From: Amoebophrya sp. A120
Taxonomy: Eukaryota; Protista; Dinoflagellata
Assembly: GCA_905178155.1 (NCBI GenBank)
Contig: CAJINV010000012.1
Coordinates: 2,457,407 to 2,521,406 of the forward strand
Reading direction: 5' to 3'
Length of the DNA stretch: 64,000 nucleotides
In this document: positions 1-13,200 of the stretch, in pieces
How positions within the stretch are numbered: the first letter of the stretch is position 1
Layout: every line of letters starts with the position of its first letter
Program-made: the position numbers and the translations under genes
The notes under the pieces: model-generated
Told to the model about the DNA's origin: nothing
Seen by the model: only the letters and a program-made list of their open reading frames with translations
Databases searched by the model: none

Positions 1-1282
1 CCATGGTAGCAACATAAATTTTTCAAATAAATTTGTCAGCACTCAACAAGCTAGAGCTAAAACTTCTTTGACAACTTGTTTATCTTTTCAAAGCTGGCTC
101 TGTATAGCACCACTACTACTTCGCAGCTACGACCAGATCGTGAAGGGAGAAATGCAACCGATGCATGATTGTTGCGCCGGCGTTCTTGCTGACCTCGTCT
201 CGTGCGTATTATCGTACTCTTCTTGTTTGTACCCGCACCAGTGCCAGTGGTCCTCTCTTCAAAGAGGAAGGTGGTGCTAACGTCGGTTTGTAGGCCTCCT
301 CATAGCTGTTGCTGTCGTCCCATGTTGACACCAGACTGCGTCATTGATCCCCCCTCCAGCAACGGGAGCAGCAGCTAAGTAACCACAAGTTGTACGTCCT
401 CCAGCTCCAATGCTTCGCCCTGGCGCTGCATTAAACAACAAGTCGAGAATGCTATATTTCAACAACATACGACACAGACACTTAAACCTATACGACGGTG
501 CAACACTCCAGACTGAATACGTGTAGTGGGCTCCTACCCTGGGGGTCGTTTCCTTAAGTTCGTACAGTTCGTGGCTCAGTTTTTTCATATCTCTACTTAC
601 GGAAGTGTCAAAGGGCAACATGTTTGCCGGATTTTTAGAAAATCAAACCGAGCCAAACTTTGCAGCTTTCTGTAATTGAAACGCACTGAAAATGCGTATA
701 CTACTAAGCGATCAAGAGCAGCATCGCGACTGCCTCTGCTAGGGCAAGCAGTGGATATTACTAGAAGGTGTGTGGTATAGTCCTCGTGGCCGCTAGTAAT
801 AGCAATAGCATTATCTTTTCGCCTGCTTAATGGCTTTTCTTTTCAAATTTATAAGTAATTTCTTTCTAACGTAAATCAAAATCTGTACTGAATCATCCTA
901 GTAGTAGTTCTACGAGGATGTAGATGATGTCGATACAGTGCGTGGAATTCTTCCTAGAACTCCCCGCGGTAAAAACAAGTGTTAAAAGTCGCTCGCTGAA
1001 ACTAATTTGGATATACAACTGTGTTGACTTTCACTTTCTGTACTGTTCCAGAAGCGCAGCATTGCTTCTCAAGAACATTCATCGGTAGTTGCTTGCATGA
1101 GTACATGCAAGTATAATAAAATCATCATCATGGTCATCTCTGATACTTACTTCCACCAACTTCGGCCCACAAATCCACGATTGCAGATTCTGCGTGTAGA
1201 TAAATCGTGCCCAGTCTTCAAGTCCTCCTCCTGGTGGTCCTGTCCGTATTCACGTTGTTCGTCGTCTTCCAGTTCCAACTCG

Positions 1283-4200
1283 TTACTCGTTATCGCTCTC
1301 ATGAATGGCAGTCAACTGCTCGCCATTCAGCATGTCCTCGCTTTTTGACATGATCGACGTCGTCCCGTGATAATTACAGCTGTTCCCGGCTAGCATCTGC
1401 TCTACAGAAGTTCCAGTCGAAGCTGTTGTAGTTGTCACCTGCAACTCTAGCAACGAGTGCTCACTCCCGAGAATTCCGCCTGGACTGGAGCTGGGGGTCG
1501 CGGCGGTCTCTCCCGCAGACACATCCACCGCCGGAATGACGTATCAAATGCAAACATCCCTGGATGTCTGGAAACTTCCACTTGTGATGCAAGGAAGGGA
1601 ATAGGGCGCGCACTGTAATGCGCAGTCAAGCATGGCAAGTTTTTCCATGGTTCTGCGTTGCGTACCCCGCATGAGAAATAGCTGTGTTTTTGCATGACAG
1701 GCAAGAGGAGCTCTACTTTGTGGCCACGCAACACAGATTTCAGAGTCAGGCCGGGCTAGCATGACAAATCTCGTCGCAATCTCCCAGACGTCCAGGGATA
1801 TTTGCATTTGATACGACGGCTTTTTCGTTGAGAGTGCTGTCGTGGGTGTAGTTCATCAACAAATTATTGTCCCGGTTGTGCAATTATCCTGTGCAAAAGT
1901 ATCGCACTCGTAGTAATTGCAAACATGCATTACAAATCCAGTTCCTAAGGCAAATCCGCATTACAAATTTGAATTGCAATTTATATTGCAATTCAATACT
2001 AGGCATGCTGAGCCAATTTGTATTGCAATTTATACTAGTACGATGCTTTTGCATTTGATAGCAATTCATCGGCCAAGCAAGTGAGCCCCGCGACCGCCGT
2101 ATCGTAATCCGAATAGCTCCTGGGCGGTCCGACGATTGGGTCGGAGCCGAAGGAATCCACCTCGTCTCGGTCCTCGTCAAGCGGGGAAAGCAGCAAATCG
2201 TCCGCGGAGAGCGTTCCATGAAACAAGTCTCCATGCTGTCTTTCCGCCGGGGAGCGACAGGCCGCCGGGGAGCTACTCGAGGAGCACTTGGGGGGAGGGA
2301 AAGAAGACGAACAACCATGATCTGCTGTCATGATTGTGGGACAAGCAGGGCGCAACAGCTCCTGCATATCATCGTCAGTGGCGACATGATCTTCAACACC
2401 AGCAGCAAACGACCCGGACGACGACCGGGGTCCCGCTCCCGTACTAGGGCCAAAGGAGTTATTGTCATGCTGCATTAAACCTCCAAAGTCGGCATCAATT
2501 TCGTCGCCAACGTCCTCCATGATCTGTTGGTCCATGATCTCCATTTCCAGTTCGTCTTTCGGATTTTGTTCTCGGCAGTATGAGAGTGCACAACTCGACG
2601 TCCCCCGTCGTCCCGCTCATTTGTCATGCAAAATACCAAATCCACGACCCTTTGCCTCTTGGCACTTTTCGCATGACAAATTCTGGAAGCTCCTTAAACT
2701 ACAGCACTATATTCCAGGGTGGATTTGTCATGGCAAACCTGCATTCTTGCCGCCGCTTGTGTTGCTGTTTGTGCAAATAAAATGCAAACGAGGGCCGCGA
2801 GAGGGAGTTGTGCACTCATCTCATAGGCAGTGCTGAATGTCCATCTCGATGTCCTCCATCCGTCGGTCGAGTTCCTCGTTTTCGTCGCCCTGAAGGAAAT
2901 CAAGGAAATCGTGGCTGGTCGTGGGAAGTTGTGATTTGGACTCTCGAGGTAGACAAGTCCTCAGGTTCGCGTTGCTCGTGTTTCGACGCAGCTGCGGCTC
3001 TCCATCGAGGTGTTGTAGTTCGTTCCCAGACGACGTGCGCAATTTACTGGACGTGTTGATGCAGCTTGTCCCTGATGGTGTAACATTTATTTCCCCATCT
3101 TGAAGATCTTCCCCTCCCGCTCCACCAGCACCATCCGCCCTCCCTCCCTCGCTATTTCGCTGGCTGATCTCCATTATGCATTGCGAAAGTATCGCACTCG
3201 TATAAATGCATTACAAATTTTCTCAGCATGAGAAAGAAAATTTGTAATGCTGATTTGCCTGGAGCTGGACAAAGAAATTTGTAATGCAAGACCTGCATTT
3301 ATACGAGTACGATACTTTGCAATCCATATCCATCAACCGCTCGAGTTGCTGCTCCGGTGTGGAGAACTTGCTACTGTCCACGTCATATGCAATGCAAAAG
3401 CGTCGCACTCGTAGTAATTGGAATTGCAGTGTAAGTATGCATGACAAATCTCCGTTCCAAGGTAAAACTGCATGACAAATGTAATTTTTCATGCTGAGCA
3501 AATTTGTAATGCAATTCATACTAGTACGCTGCTTTTGCAATCCATACGTGAGGAAGCTTCTGTCCTGGGGAACTTCCAGAATCTTTCCTCTTCATCGGGG
3601 TTGCGCTGTTCGTGGTAGAAGTCGCAAGAGCATTTACATTTGTACTGTTCTGTGGCGTGGAGGTCTGGACGTTATTATTATTACCCCTTTGTGGTCCATT
3701 GTTCCCATTCACAGAAAAGGTTCCAGGCAACGGTGGGGGCAGGGGGTGGACGCGAGACTTTCCGTCCGTCGCCCCGTACTTCTCGCGAAGCTCCAGTTTC
3801 ATGACGCAGTGGAGGATGTACTTCCCGTAGGGAAACCGTTTCAAAATGTGGGTGTGTTCGCTATGGCGTTCTCAACTGTTACATTCTCAACCGTTACATG
3901 GATTTGTGATGCAAGAATGGGAAAAGTGAAAGGGAGGAGATTGCGCCTGTAGCATTACAAAATCCGTGCGGATTTAGGCGCTGTTTAGCCCTAGGCAAAT
4001 TTGTCATGCCAAGCAGCTTGATCGAGTGGATGATGATGGTGCTTCTGCATGACATCGGTGGTCTACGGGCAGGCTGTCCCGGTGGCGCTTTGGCCAATCG
4101 TACAGAGAAAAAACAAAAAATACAAGTTAGGTAGGAATACAATTGAAGGTTATGAATGAAGTCAAAAGTCGTAGAGACAGTATTAAAGTAGTTCCTACGG

Positions 4201-7200
4201 GCATGGTCACGATTGGGCAACAGAGGGTAGAGTCACGATTGGGCAACAGAGGGTAGAGCAACGAATTGTTACGCATCTATCCGCTGGTCAAGTACGAGGA
4301 AAACGAGAGCAGCATCGAAGAAGGGAAAGGCGCGCAAGCAGGGCAGCCCAGCAGCAGCAAAAATATCAAGACAAGAAGCAGACTACCGCCACCCGGGGTC
4401 CTACCCGACCGAGAACTGTACTGGTATGGGCCAACATACCATAAAAGGTACAGAAGAAGGGTAGGTGCTCGCGTAAAGAGAAAGATGACCAAACCTGGGT
4501 GCTTCTGCATGACAAATTCATGTAACAGTTGAGAATGTAACGTTTGAGAGTCTCATATTCGCGGAGTTTGGCAATCAGCTTCTTTCGCTCGTCGCCCTCC
4601 TATATCAAATGTAAAAGTGTCTGGGTCTGGAAACTTGTGATGCTGGGTGGCGTCTCATGATGAGGCCACAAATGCTGGCTCAGCATGGCAAGTTTCTGAG
4701 CTTCTAGGTGTTGCCTATTCTGCATGACAAATAACTGCGTTCCTGCATCACAGAAAAATGGAGCTCTTGGGTAACGTGCGTGACAGATTTGAGAGTCATG
4801 CCAGACAAGCATGACAAACATGCACTCTTCCAGACCCAGACATTTTTGCAATCCATATCCGAGATCAGGAGGAGACGCTGGGCCACGAAGTTACCTGTAG
4901 GAGGTTGTGGTTGAGGTTGTGCAGATGATGCAGCGCACTTAGACTTTTTCATCCCCATGCATCTTCACAAAAAGTTGTACTATCATGCTGACAAATTATC
5001 ACTTTATGCAGCAAAAATTCCAGCACAGATCATCCCTCATCATGTCCCCGTAGTCGTATTAAATACCGAACTTATCCTTCATGATTGTCAGTAGCGGGAT
5101 CTTGTGAACTGCAAAAGTATCGTACTCGTATAAATGCAATACAAATTATTTTCTCAGCATGAAGAGAAATGAAGTTTGTAATGCGGATTTACCTATAACG
5201 AAAAGATTTGTAATGCATGACTGCAGTACGAGTACGATACTTTTGCACAGCGTAAATCTTGTGCACATCCCGATAAGCCTGCAGCGTCGACCAGGTGCTG
5301 ACCCGTCCTATCAAGTACAAATATGTCTGGGTCTGGAAATTTCTGATGCTAAAAGGTGGATCAAGAAAACCCTTCCTTATGCAGGAAAGCATGACAAGGC
5401 TGCAGAACGCTTTCTCATGCGCAGTCCGCATGAGAAGACTGCGTTTTTGTATGACAAGAGGGGCTCCTGCGACTTTTGTTGGTCATGCAATACAGATTTC
5501 ACAGGAAAAATGTAAGAGCAGCAATACAAGTCCCAACTTTCCAGACCCAGACACTTTTGCAATCCATACGTCCGTTCGGCGTGCAAGTCGAAATTCGAGC
5601 GCTCATGTTCATCACACAGCTGGATGCTGGGCTGCCGCTTGTCCTGTTCATAAGGTCGAGATTGCTTTGCCGCAGACCACTGACCTGGTCGACCGCATGA
5701 TCGCCAGAAGGAGTCAACTCCCGGCGCCCGTTGTTCGGCGTGCACCGGCTGCTGGGAGGGAGATTTTGGTGCGGACCGGCGTCTAAATCAACATCATCAC
5801 AACTTTGCTGCGCCGAGTGAGCATCAACTCCACGACCGTCTTCGTTATTGTCGGGAACAAGCTGGTGCAGCTGTCGGTCGTGCGTAGAACCAGGGACGAG
5901 TTGTCCACCCGTAGAACAATTTTTCATGTCGTCACTGCCCAACAAGGCGGAGATTAGCTGCTTCTTGTGCCCGGAGTCGCCCTATGCATTGCAAATATGT
6001 CTGGGTCTGGAAGAGTGCAAGGCTTGTCATGCACATTTTGCATGACTCCTGATGTCTGTGATGCATGCTCTAGCATCGCAGATTTTGGGAGGGCTTCCTG
6101 ATGCCTATACTGCATGAGAAACGCCCCCTCGCCGTGGCAAAAACTGGACCTCTTCTGCTGATGTTCAACATGCAATACAGATTTATTGTGGAATCCAAAT
6201 CCAGCATGACAAGTTCCAACCTTCCAGACCCAGAGGACATATTTGCAGTTGATACTCCCTCCATCAGTGCCCGCTCCAGCGTGTTCGATCCGCAGCGGTG
6301 GGTTGCCATTTCCAGAACGTTATCGGCCAACGTGCTGATAATTGCGTCGCGATCCGAGGGTCGCCCGCGGTATCCTGAGCGAAAACGTCCCCACCCCATA
6401 GTCAAGATGGGAAACCTGCTACACAAATCAGCCAGCTTTTGTTGTTGCGCATGACAAGTTCTTTATTGGCGTCGTGGTGTAAAAATCCTGCTTAGCTTGT
6501 TTAGCAGCATCACAGATCTAGCCTCATTTTCTGATTGGAGCACTACAAATTCCAAACCACGACTAGAAAACGCTTGTCAATGGGGCTCCGCATGAGAAAC
6601 ATTTTGAGCATGCAGATTTGCATGACAAGAACTATGGAGTGGGGACGTTTTTACGTGGGATACGCGAGTCAGCATGTTTTGGACGACGTAGTTCCCGTAC
6701 TGATCTATATCCACAGTAAATTTCCCGCACACGTACAAATGCAGTCTCTGCATGACAAAACTTGCCTTCAATCCTAGTCCAGCATGACAAGTTGGACTCT
6801 GCAAGGTAACGAAATTTGTCATGCATTTTGTACATGTACAGGAAATTTACATTGCATAATCTAGAATCAGCTCGTAAACCTTGTCCTTCACGTAGTCCAT
6901 AATCGGGAACTTTTGCTCGTCCGCCCCGTGCTCGAAAATCCGCTGGACCACACGGCAGCCAAAGCAGTGCGTGATGAAGCGGTCGGTGTTATTCCGTGTA
7001 AAAACGTCCCCGCCCCATAGTCAAGATGGGGACTCGGCTAGACAAATCCACAAGCTTTGGCTGTTTTGCATGACAAATTTCGACTCGTAGTGTAGTGCTG
7101 TTTGAGCTATCTGAGCAGCATCACAGATCTAGTATATCATGCTGATTGGAGCATGACAAATTCCAAAAGACGATTGGAAAATGCTTCTCATCGGGCTCCG

Positions 7201-10200
7201 CATGACAAACAATTTCAGCATGCAGACTTGCATGACAACTCTGGGGTGGGGACGTTTTTAAATACGATAGGTGTTGCGGAGCACTGTGTCGACGAGGAAC
7301 TGGAACTTTTCCACCGGCTTCGTAAACTCGATCAGTTTCTGCAAAACGTGGTTCCCGTATGACAATGCACAACTCCCCCTCGCCCGCATTTGTATTGGTA
7401 TTGCATGAGCAGCAATACAAACGCCAGCGCCACGACTGGAGCCTGTGCATGACAAATTTACGTATGTGCCTGCTGTAGTACTGTTTGGGCTTTCGAAATT
7501 CTTCATGCAAACAGTGCCACAGTGCAACGACTGGGACTCTGGATTTGGGATTTTGCATGACAAATGAGGGGGAGCGGCGGGAGTTGTGCACTGTCATATC
7601 CCGTGCTGGTCCTCCATTAACACCGCCTCGTGCCCCTTCAATTCCGCAGCCAGGAGGCACTGCTGGTCAGACTGCGACACCTCGAAGGCCTTTTGAATCA
7701 CGCGGCAGCCGTGGCTGTTGTGTCGTGAAAGGGAGGTTTTGAGTCAATAATTGTTTCGCATTCTTCATGCACATGCGGCCGACGTTGTGCCTCGGCTCTT
7801 GCAAAATGTAGCGAACGCGGTTAGGCCCCTCGGTCATGATGCGCACTATCGGAAATTATAGCGAAGAAGAGCCCAAAGAATCAAAGACTGATTTAGACCC
7901 ATCTGCATGGGAGATCTAGCGGTAAGACAGCACTTCTCACCACGAGGAGATGGTCACAAAGTAAAGTCAGTGTCAGAATTATGTCAAACATATAGAAAAT
8001 GATTTGAGAAACAATTTTATGCTAAGAAAAAAAGTCGCTATTCATCAGTACGCGTGCAGCGAGAGTTTCAAACAGCTTCCCACGAGGTGCTCCGCCAGCG
8101 TTCGTTTCTGGTGGTTCAGCCCGACGTCGAAAAAAGCGATGATCACTTTCCCCGCAAATTTGTCCTTGCAATGCTCCACCAACTTTGGCAGCATCTGCAT
8201 CATGCAGTTCTGCAGGTCCGCGGGCTCGGATCTTTCGACAGAAGTTGAAGTCGTCGTGTGTTTAGAAGTATTCAAATTTATCTTGTTCTCTCTACTGTTG
8301 ATGCTTCTAGTAGTACAAGAACCATCGTCGTCTTTATTATTCTTGACCACGCCATCAACATAATTGTCATTCGTTATTTCCAAAGTAGTTGTAGCAGCGG
8401 ACAATGAATTTTCGTCCTCTGTCGCCGCTTTCAGCCGGTACAGGCACTCGAGAATCAAGTGCACCCCCATTGCGTCCTTGGCGAACTGCAGAAAAGGGCT
8501 GGTCCGGAGGCGGTCCTGCAGCAGCTCCTTCAGCGTGCAAGCCTTCCCCTGCTCTCGATAAGCGCGAAGCTGCGGACAGGCGTTGATGGGCAGCGGCGGA
8601 ATCTTCGCCATGGTTTCCAAAGACTGCTGGTACAATTGGGCGTTCACTGCGTTGTTACGCCGGTGGTACTCCGCCTGCGCGGCCGTTTGGTCCTGTCTCA
8701 GTCTCGTGTTGCGGTGCTCCTTATCGGTTTTCTGCTGGTACGAAGCCATCTTGTTCTGCAAAACTTTTTGCCCCAGCTGGTTTTGTATGCATTTTTGCAA
8801 AAGTACTATCGTATTATTTTAGAAGTGGAATTGGAAATTGCATTGCTCAGCATGATGTTGACAAATCGATGGATTTGCCATGGTGATCTTTTACTACATT
8901 TGAATTTGTAGTAATGCCATACTACCACGTAGGTACGATAGTACTTTTGCAATGCGTATCCTGGTATGCCTGGATCTGCTTGTAGTACTTGATGTAACTG
9001 TAGTTGCGGTGATCATGGTAGTTGTCTGGGCCGCGTTGATGGTTGTTGTTGTTGTTGGCGTACTGCTGGTGCATGTGCATCATATACTGCATATACTGAA
9101 ATCGGTTGCAACTGTTGCTCATCGCCTCCATGTGACGTTGCATCATCGTGGTCCCCGCCGAGTGCATGCGGTGCATCAAAGAACCGCTCATCGCGCACGC
9201 AGGAGCGACCCCGTGCATGTTGGGAAACCGGGTCATATGAAGCGGGTTGCACATGCTCGTGGTCGCCATGTTGGACATCATGCTCATGCTGTGGCTGGGT
9301 CCGCCACCTGCTCCGGGTGGTCCATTGTGGTGCCTGGTATTGTTTCCAGCGCCCCCGTTGTTCATCATTGTTCCCATATAAGTGCGACCCTGTTGTTGGA
9401 AATTGTCGCGGTTGTTGCTGAATCTGTTCGTGCCAGTATTGCTTCCAGCACCACCTCCTCCGTACATGCTATTCATCCTCTCATATGCGCTCTGCATCCG
9501 GCTGTAAGAGCCCGCCCCGGATGTCGATGACCCCCCACTCGCACCAGCTGCGGCACCGTGGCCATCGTTCATATTGTAGTTGCCACTCATGTTGAAATTG
9601 CCGCTCTGATGCTGAGCCCCACGATTTCCGTAGCCGTTATTGTAGTTCAAATTACCCCCGCGGTTCAACAAGTTATCATGATTGTTTCCTCCTCTGTTTT
9701 GGTAGTTGGCATGATGAAGATCTTGCGAGCAGTTATTATTTTTGAATCTGGAGGTTTGGTAGTTATTGAAAGCATTTGATGTTCCGATGTTGTTGTGCAT
9801 CTTACCTCCCCCATTGCCGTAAAAGCTGCCATGATTTTGATTGTTGCCGCCGCGGTTATTGTAGCCACAACCAGTATGGAACTGTCAGGATTGAAATTGA
9901 CAAAGTTGAAATGATTTGTCATGCATAAAATGGATGCCAGTCGGAAGCCCACTCATCAAGCGGCGCATGGCAAGTTTTCGTAGCACCGGAATCCAGTTTG
10001 TCATGCTGTTTGGTCACAGAAAACTGCTTTTGTCATGCTACTTTAGCAGCTCTATTTCAAACCCTAAACAGGCTCACAATCGGCCTCCCTTGCCTACTCT
10101 GCAAGACAGGCACTTTGTGGGTTGCATTTTATGCATCGCAAACTATGTCAACTTTGACGATTTCAATCCTGACGCCTCCATAACCAGAACCACCGCCATC

Positions 10201-13200
10201 TTCTCCGGCTCCGTTGTCGAGCCCCGGCGGGGTAAGCGGTCGGCCGCTGTTGTAACTAGCGCAGCTCATCGGGTTGTTGTTATTCATTGTTCCAGCACCA
10301 CCGTGGCTGTAGTCGCAGTTCTGGTTGTGGTTATTGTACTGCTGCTGGCTGTTGTAATTGTTCATCCCGTTACCATTGCCGCGCTGACTGTAGTTGTAGT
10401 TATTGTTTCCCATTCCCCCCTGCTGCTGCTGCTGCGGGTGGCCACTTTGGTGAAAGCTACCGCCTCCATAGTTGCTATAATTTCCGCGACTGCCCCCGCC
10501 GCCACTCGTCATGCGATCGAACGAGTGGTGGTTGGGGTTGCTGCCACCGCGGCCCATGTTGTACTGATTCATCTTCATCTGGTGCTTATTTCCACCACCC
10601 CCGTTCAACATGTAGGACGAGTTGACCCCGCCGCTGTTCACGATCATCGTATTGGTGCTCAAGCCACGCTGTTGTAGCTGCGAGTTACTCATAGCGGAAG
10701 CTGCGCCAGAACTGGTTTGCGCGATGTGCGAAATCGCCGGCCGGGTCCACTGCTTTGTCGGGTTTGATGTTCCAGTGCCGCTGTTCTGATGAAGCCCTCG
10801 TCCAGCATTCGAAGAGGTTGAGTAGCTGCTGTTCATCATCATGCTGTAGTTGTGGTTACCGGCCCTTTCGCTGTCTGTCCAGTTGCTTGAGTTCCCGGTG
10901 GTGTTGCGATTCAGCGCCTGCTGCTGCGGCCCTTGTTGTTGATCATGATCTACCAATTGCCCATACTGGAGCGGCTTTGACATAGTACCAGACGTCTTGC
11001 TATTATAGACGCAACCAAGCGTCGTGGCCGTGTTATGATGTTCCTCCTGGTTCATCATTGCATTCGCTTGTTCCGCAACACCTCCACATGAAATATCATC
11101 CGCACCACTGTTGTTCGACGACAACCCGACCTTGGTGGTCGTCTTGATCACTTCACTGGCGTGGCTTTTCCATTTCTGATCTTGATCAGGAAGATTCATC
11201 TCGGAAGATGAATTTGTGGTTCTCGAGGCATCGGCACCAGTCGTGCTCTTGGTAGTCGTGGTCGCGCTACCTGTTCCACTGTTGCGGAGGGACGAGGAAA
11301 ATGTGCCCACCTGGAAATCAATATGATTGCCGCTCTGTCTCGGAGAAAGATGAAACTACGATGAAGTCGCATTTTTCCACTGGTGCAGCAATTATCTATC
11401 GCATGATCTACTAGAACAACGAACCCATGTAAAGAAACGTTTCTTTTTTGTACCTGTTCTCCGGTCGTGTACAACGAAGATCCGTGATCCGCATAGTTCA
11501 TCTGCCCTGGCGCCGTCCACATCAACTGGTGCCCATGAAGATCTTCACCCTTTTGCCCATTGTTCCCATAATTCATCCCGTCTGGGACCTCCGAGCCGTG
11601 CATCTGGTGCAGCGCTCCGTGCTGTTCCGGGGTGTTCATAGCGGAGTGATACGCCGCTAACCGCTCAGCCGTCGCTTGGTCCACCACTGGCAAGTTCGCA
11701 TTGTGTATTGGTGTGTCAGGATCGAAATCGTCAAAGTTGTAATGCATAGAACCGATATCACTTGGGAGCCCACTTATCAACCGGCGCATGACAAATCTTC
11801 CGAGAACCGGACTCCAATTAGTCATGCTATTTGGGCACAGCAGACTGCTTTTGTCATGCTAGTTCAGTAGCTCTATTGCAAAGAAGAAGAACCCTAAACA
11901 GGCTCACAATCGGCCTCGCTTGCCATCCCAGCAAGACAGGCACCTCATGCCTTGCATTTTATGCATGCCAAATCGTTTCAACTTTGTCGATTTCTAACCT
12001 GACACGTCCATATTATGTTGAGCAGTTGTACTACTGTTGCGCATCATCATCCCGCCCCCTATTCAAGAAAAAAACACCATCGCAATCACTATTGCACATT
12101 TTTGCAATACAAAAATTTTTGTTATGCGCAAAAATGCATCACAGTCAAGAGTTATTGGCGATTTCCCTTTGTGTTTTTGCAATACAAGAAAAATTTGGCA
12201 TGCGAGAGAAATTTCTGATGCAAAACCTCCTACATGTGATTGTGATGGTGTTTTTTTCTTGGATACCCCCAGACGAGCTGTTAGTGTTACCCCGCTGCAG
12301 ATAATGTTGGCCAGCCCCGCTGTTTCTACTGTTGTACTGGCTTTGCCGGTGCGAGGATTGGTGGACCAGAGATTGCGGGATTCCGGTCCTGGCCTGTTCC
12401 ATAGCCGCTTGCTGCAGTCGCTGGTTGTGCAAGATCGCCGCCTGCGAAGCTGCGGTCGTTGCGGAAGAGGTTGTAGTTGTGATCGGTTGATGGGGGCCCG
12501 AACCAGCAGGACCCCCTGCTGTAGTTGTACCTCCTCCGAAATGAGAAGCTGCAAACGAGCCTGCTGCATGGTGTTGGTGGGCCGCTGCCGCGGCGGAGAC
12601 GAAGCCGGCGGTAGCGGTCCCTGCAGCAGCAGCCCCAGTAGTACTAGGAGCTCCCGCTACAAGCTGGTGACAACTCGGGTCGTGATAAATCATAGTAGCG
12701 GGCTGGTATTGGTACGCCAAAGTGGGGACGGCCCCGGTCGCCGCAGTTCCGGCGGTAGGGGTGGTTCCCGTTGCGCCGGCCGTGGTAACGTAAGCCGGGT
12801 AGATCAATCTTGGCTGGCTGTCAGCCGTCGCCAGGGCAGCGGTGGTGCCGGCGGTGCCCGGGTGGAGAATGGTCGTCGCCGCAGGGTACTGAAGTCGAAG
12901 CGGAAGCGTATATGTAATTGGTCACGTGGTCATTCCAAAAGAAAATGCTCTTGTTTGTTGAAAAGAACTTTTGTTCGTGCAGCTAATGCTATGCTTTACT
13001 TTTAGAACTACAATCACAAGAGTCTTCCCTACTACTTCATCACGACCTGTAAAATCCTATCATACCAACAGCGTCGCCCCAGCAGCTCCTGCGGCCGTCG
13101 CTCCGATCGGATTCCCGGCCGCATCCACGGCCTGCTCGTAACCGACAACATGCTCTGCGCCCGCCATCGCCAGCTGCGAGGGGTGCACCAGGTGGTAAGC

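Noticed and set aside
277-621. 114-aa minus-strand ORF
   Set aside because: No recognisable motif or supporting gene structure; left unannotated.
1542-1813. Longer TIR (CGTATC..GATACG) with a 3-nt repeat
   Set aside because: The TAT..ATA plus 5-nt model (tgacg/cgacg) fits all other copies and restores the frame.
9916-13005. Long plus-strand ORFs (253 aa, 322 aa) and similar ones at 52025-54213
   Set aside because: Antisense shadows of GC-rich or low-complexity minus-strand exons.
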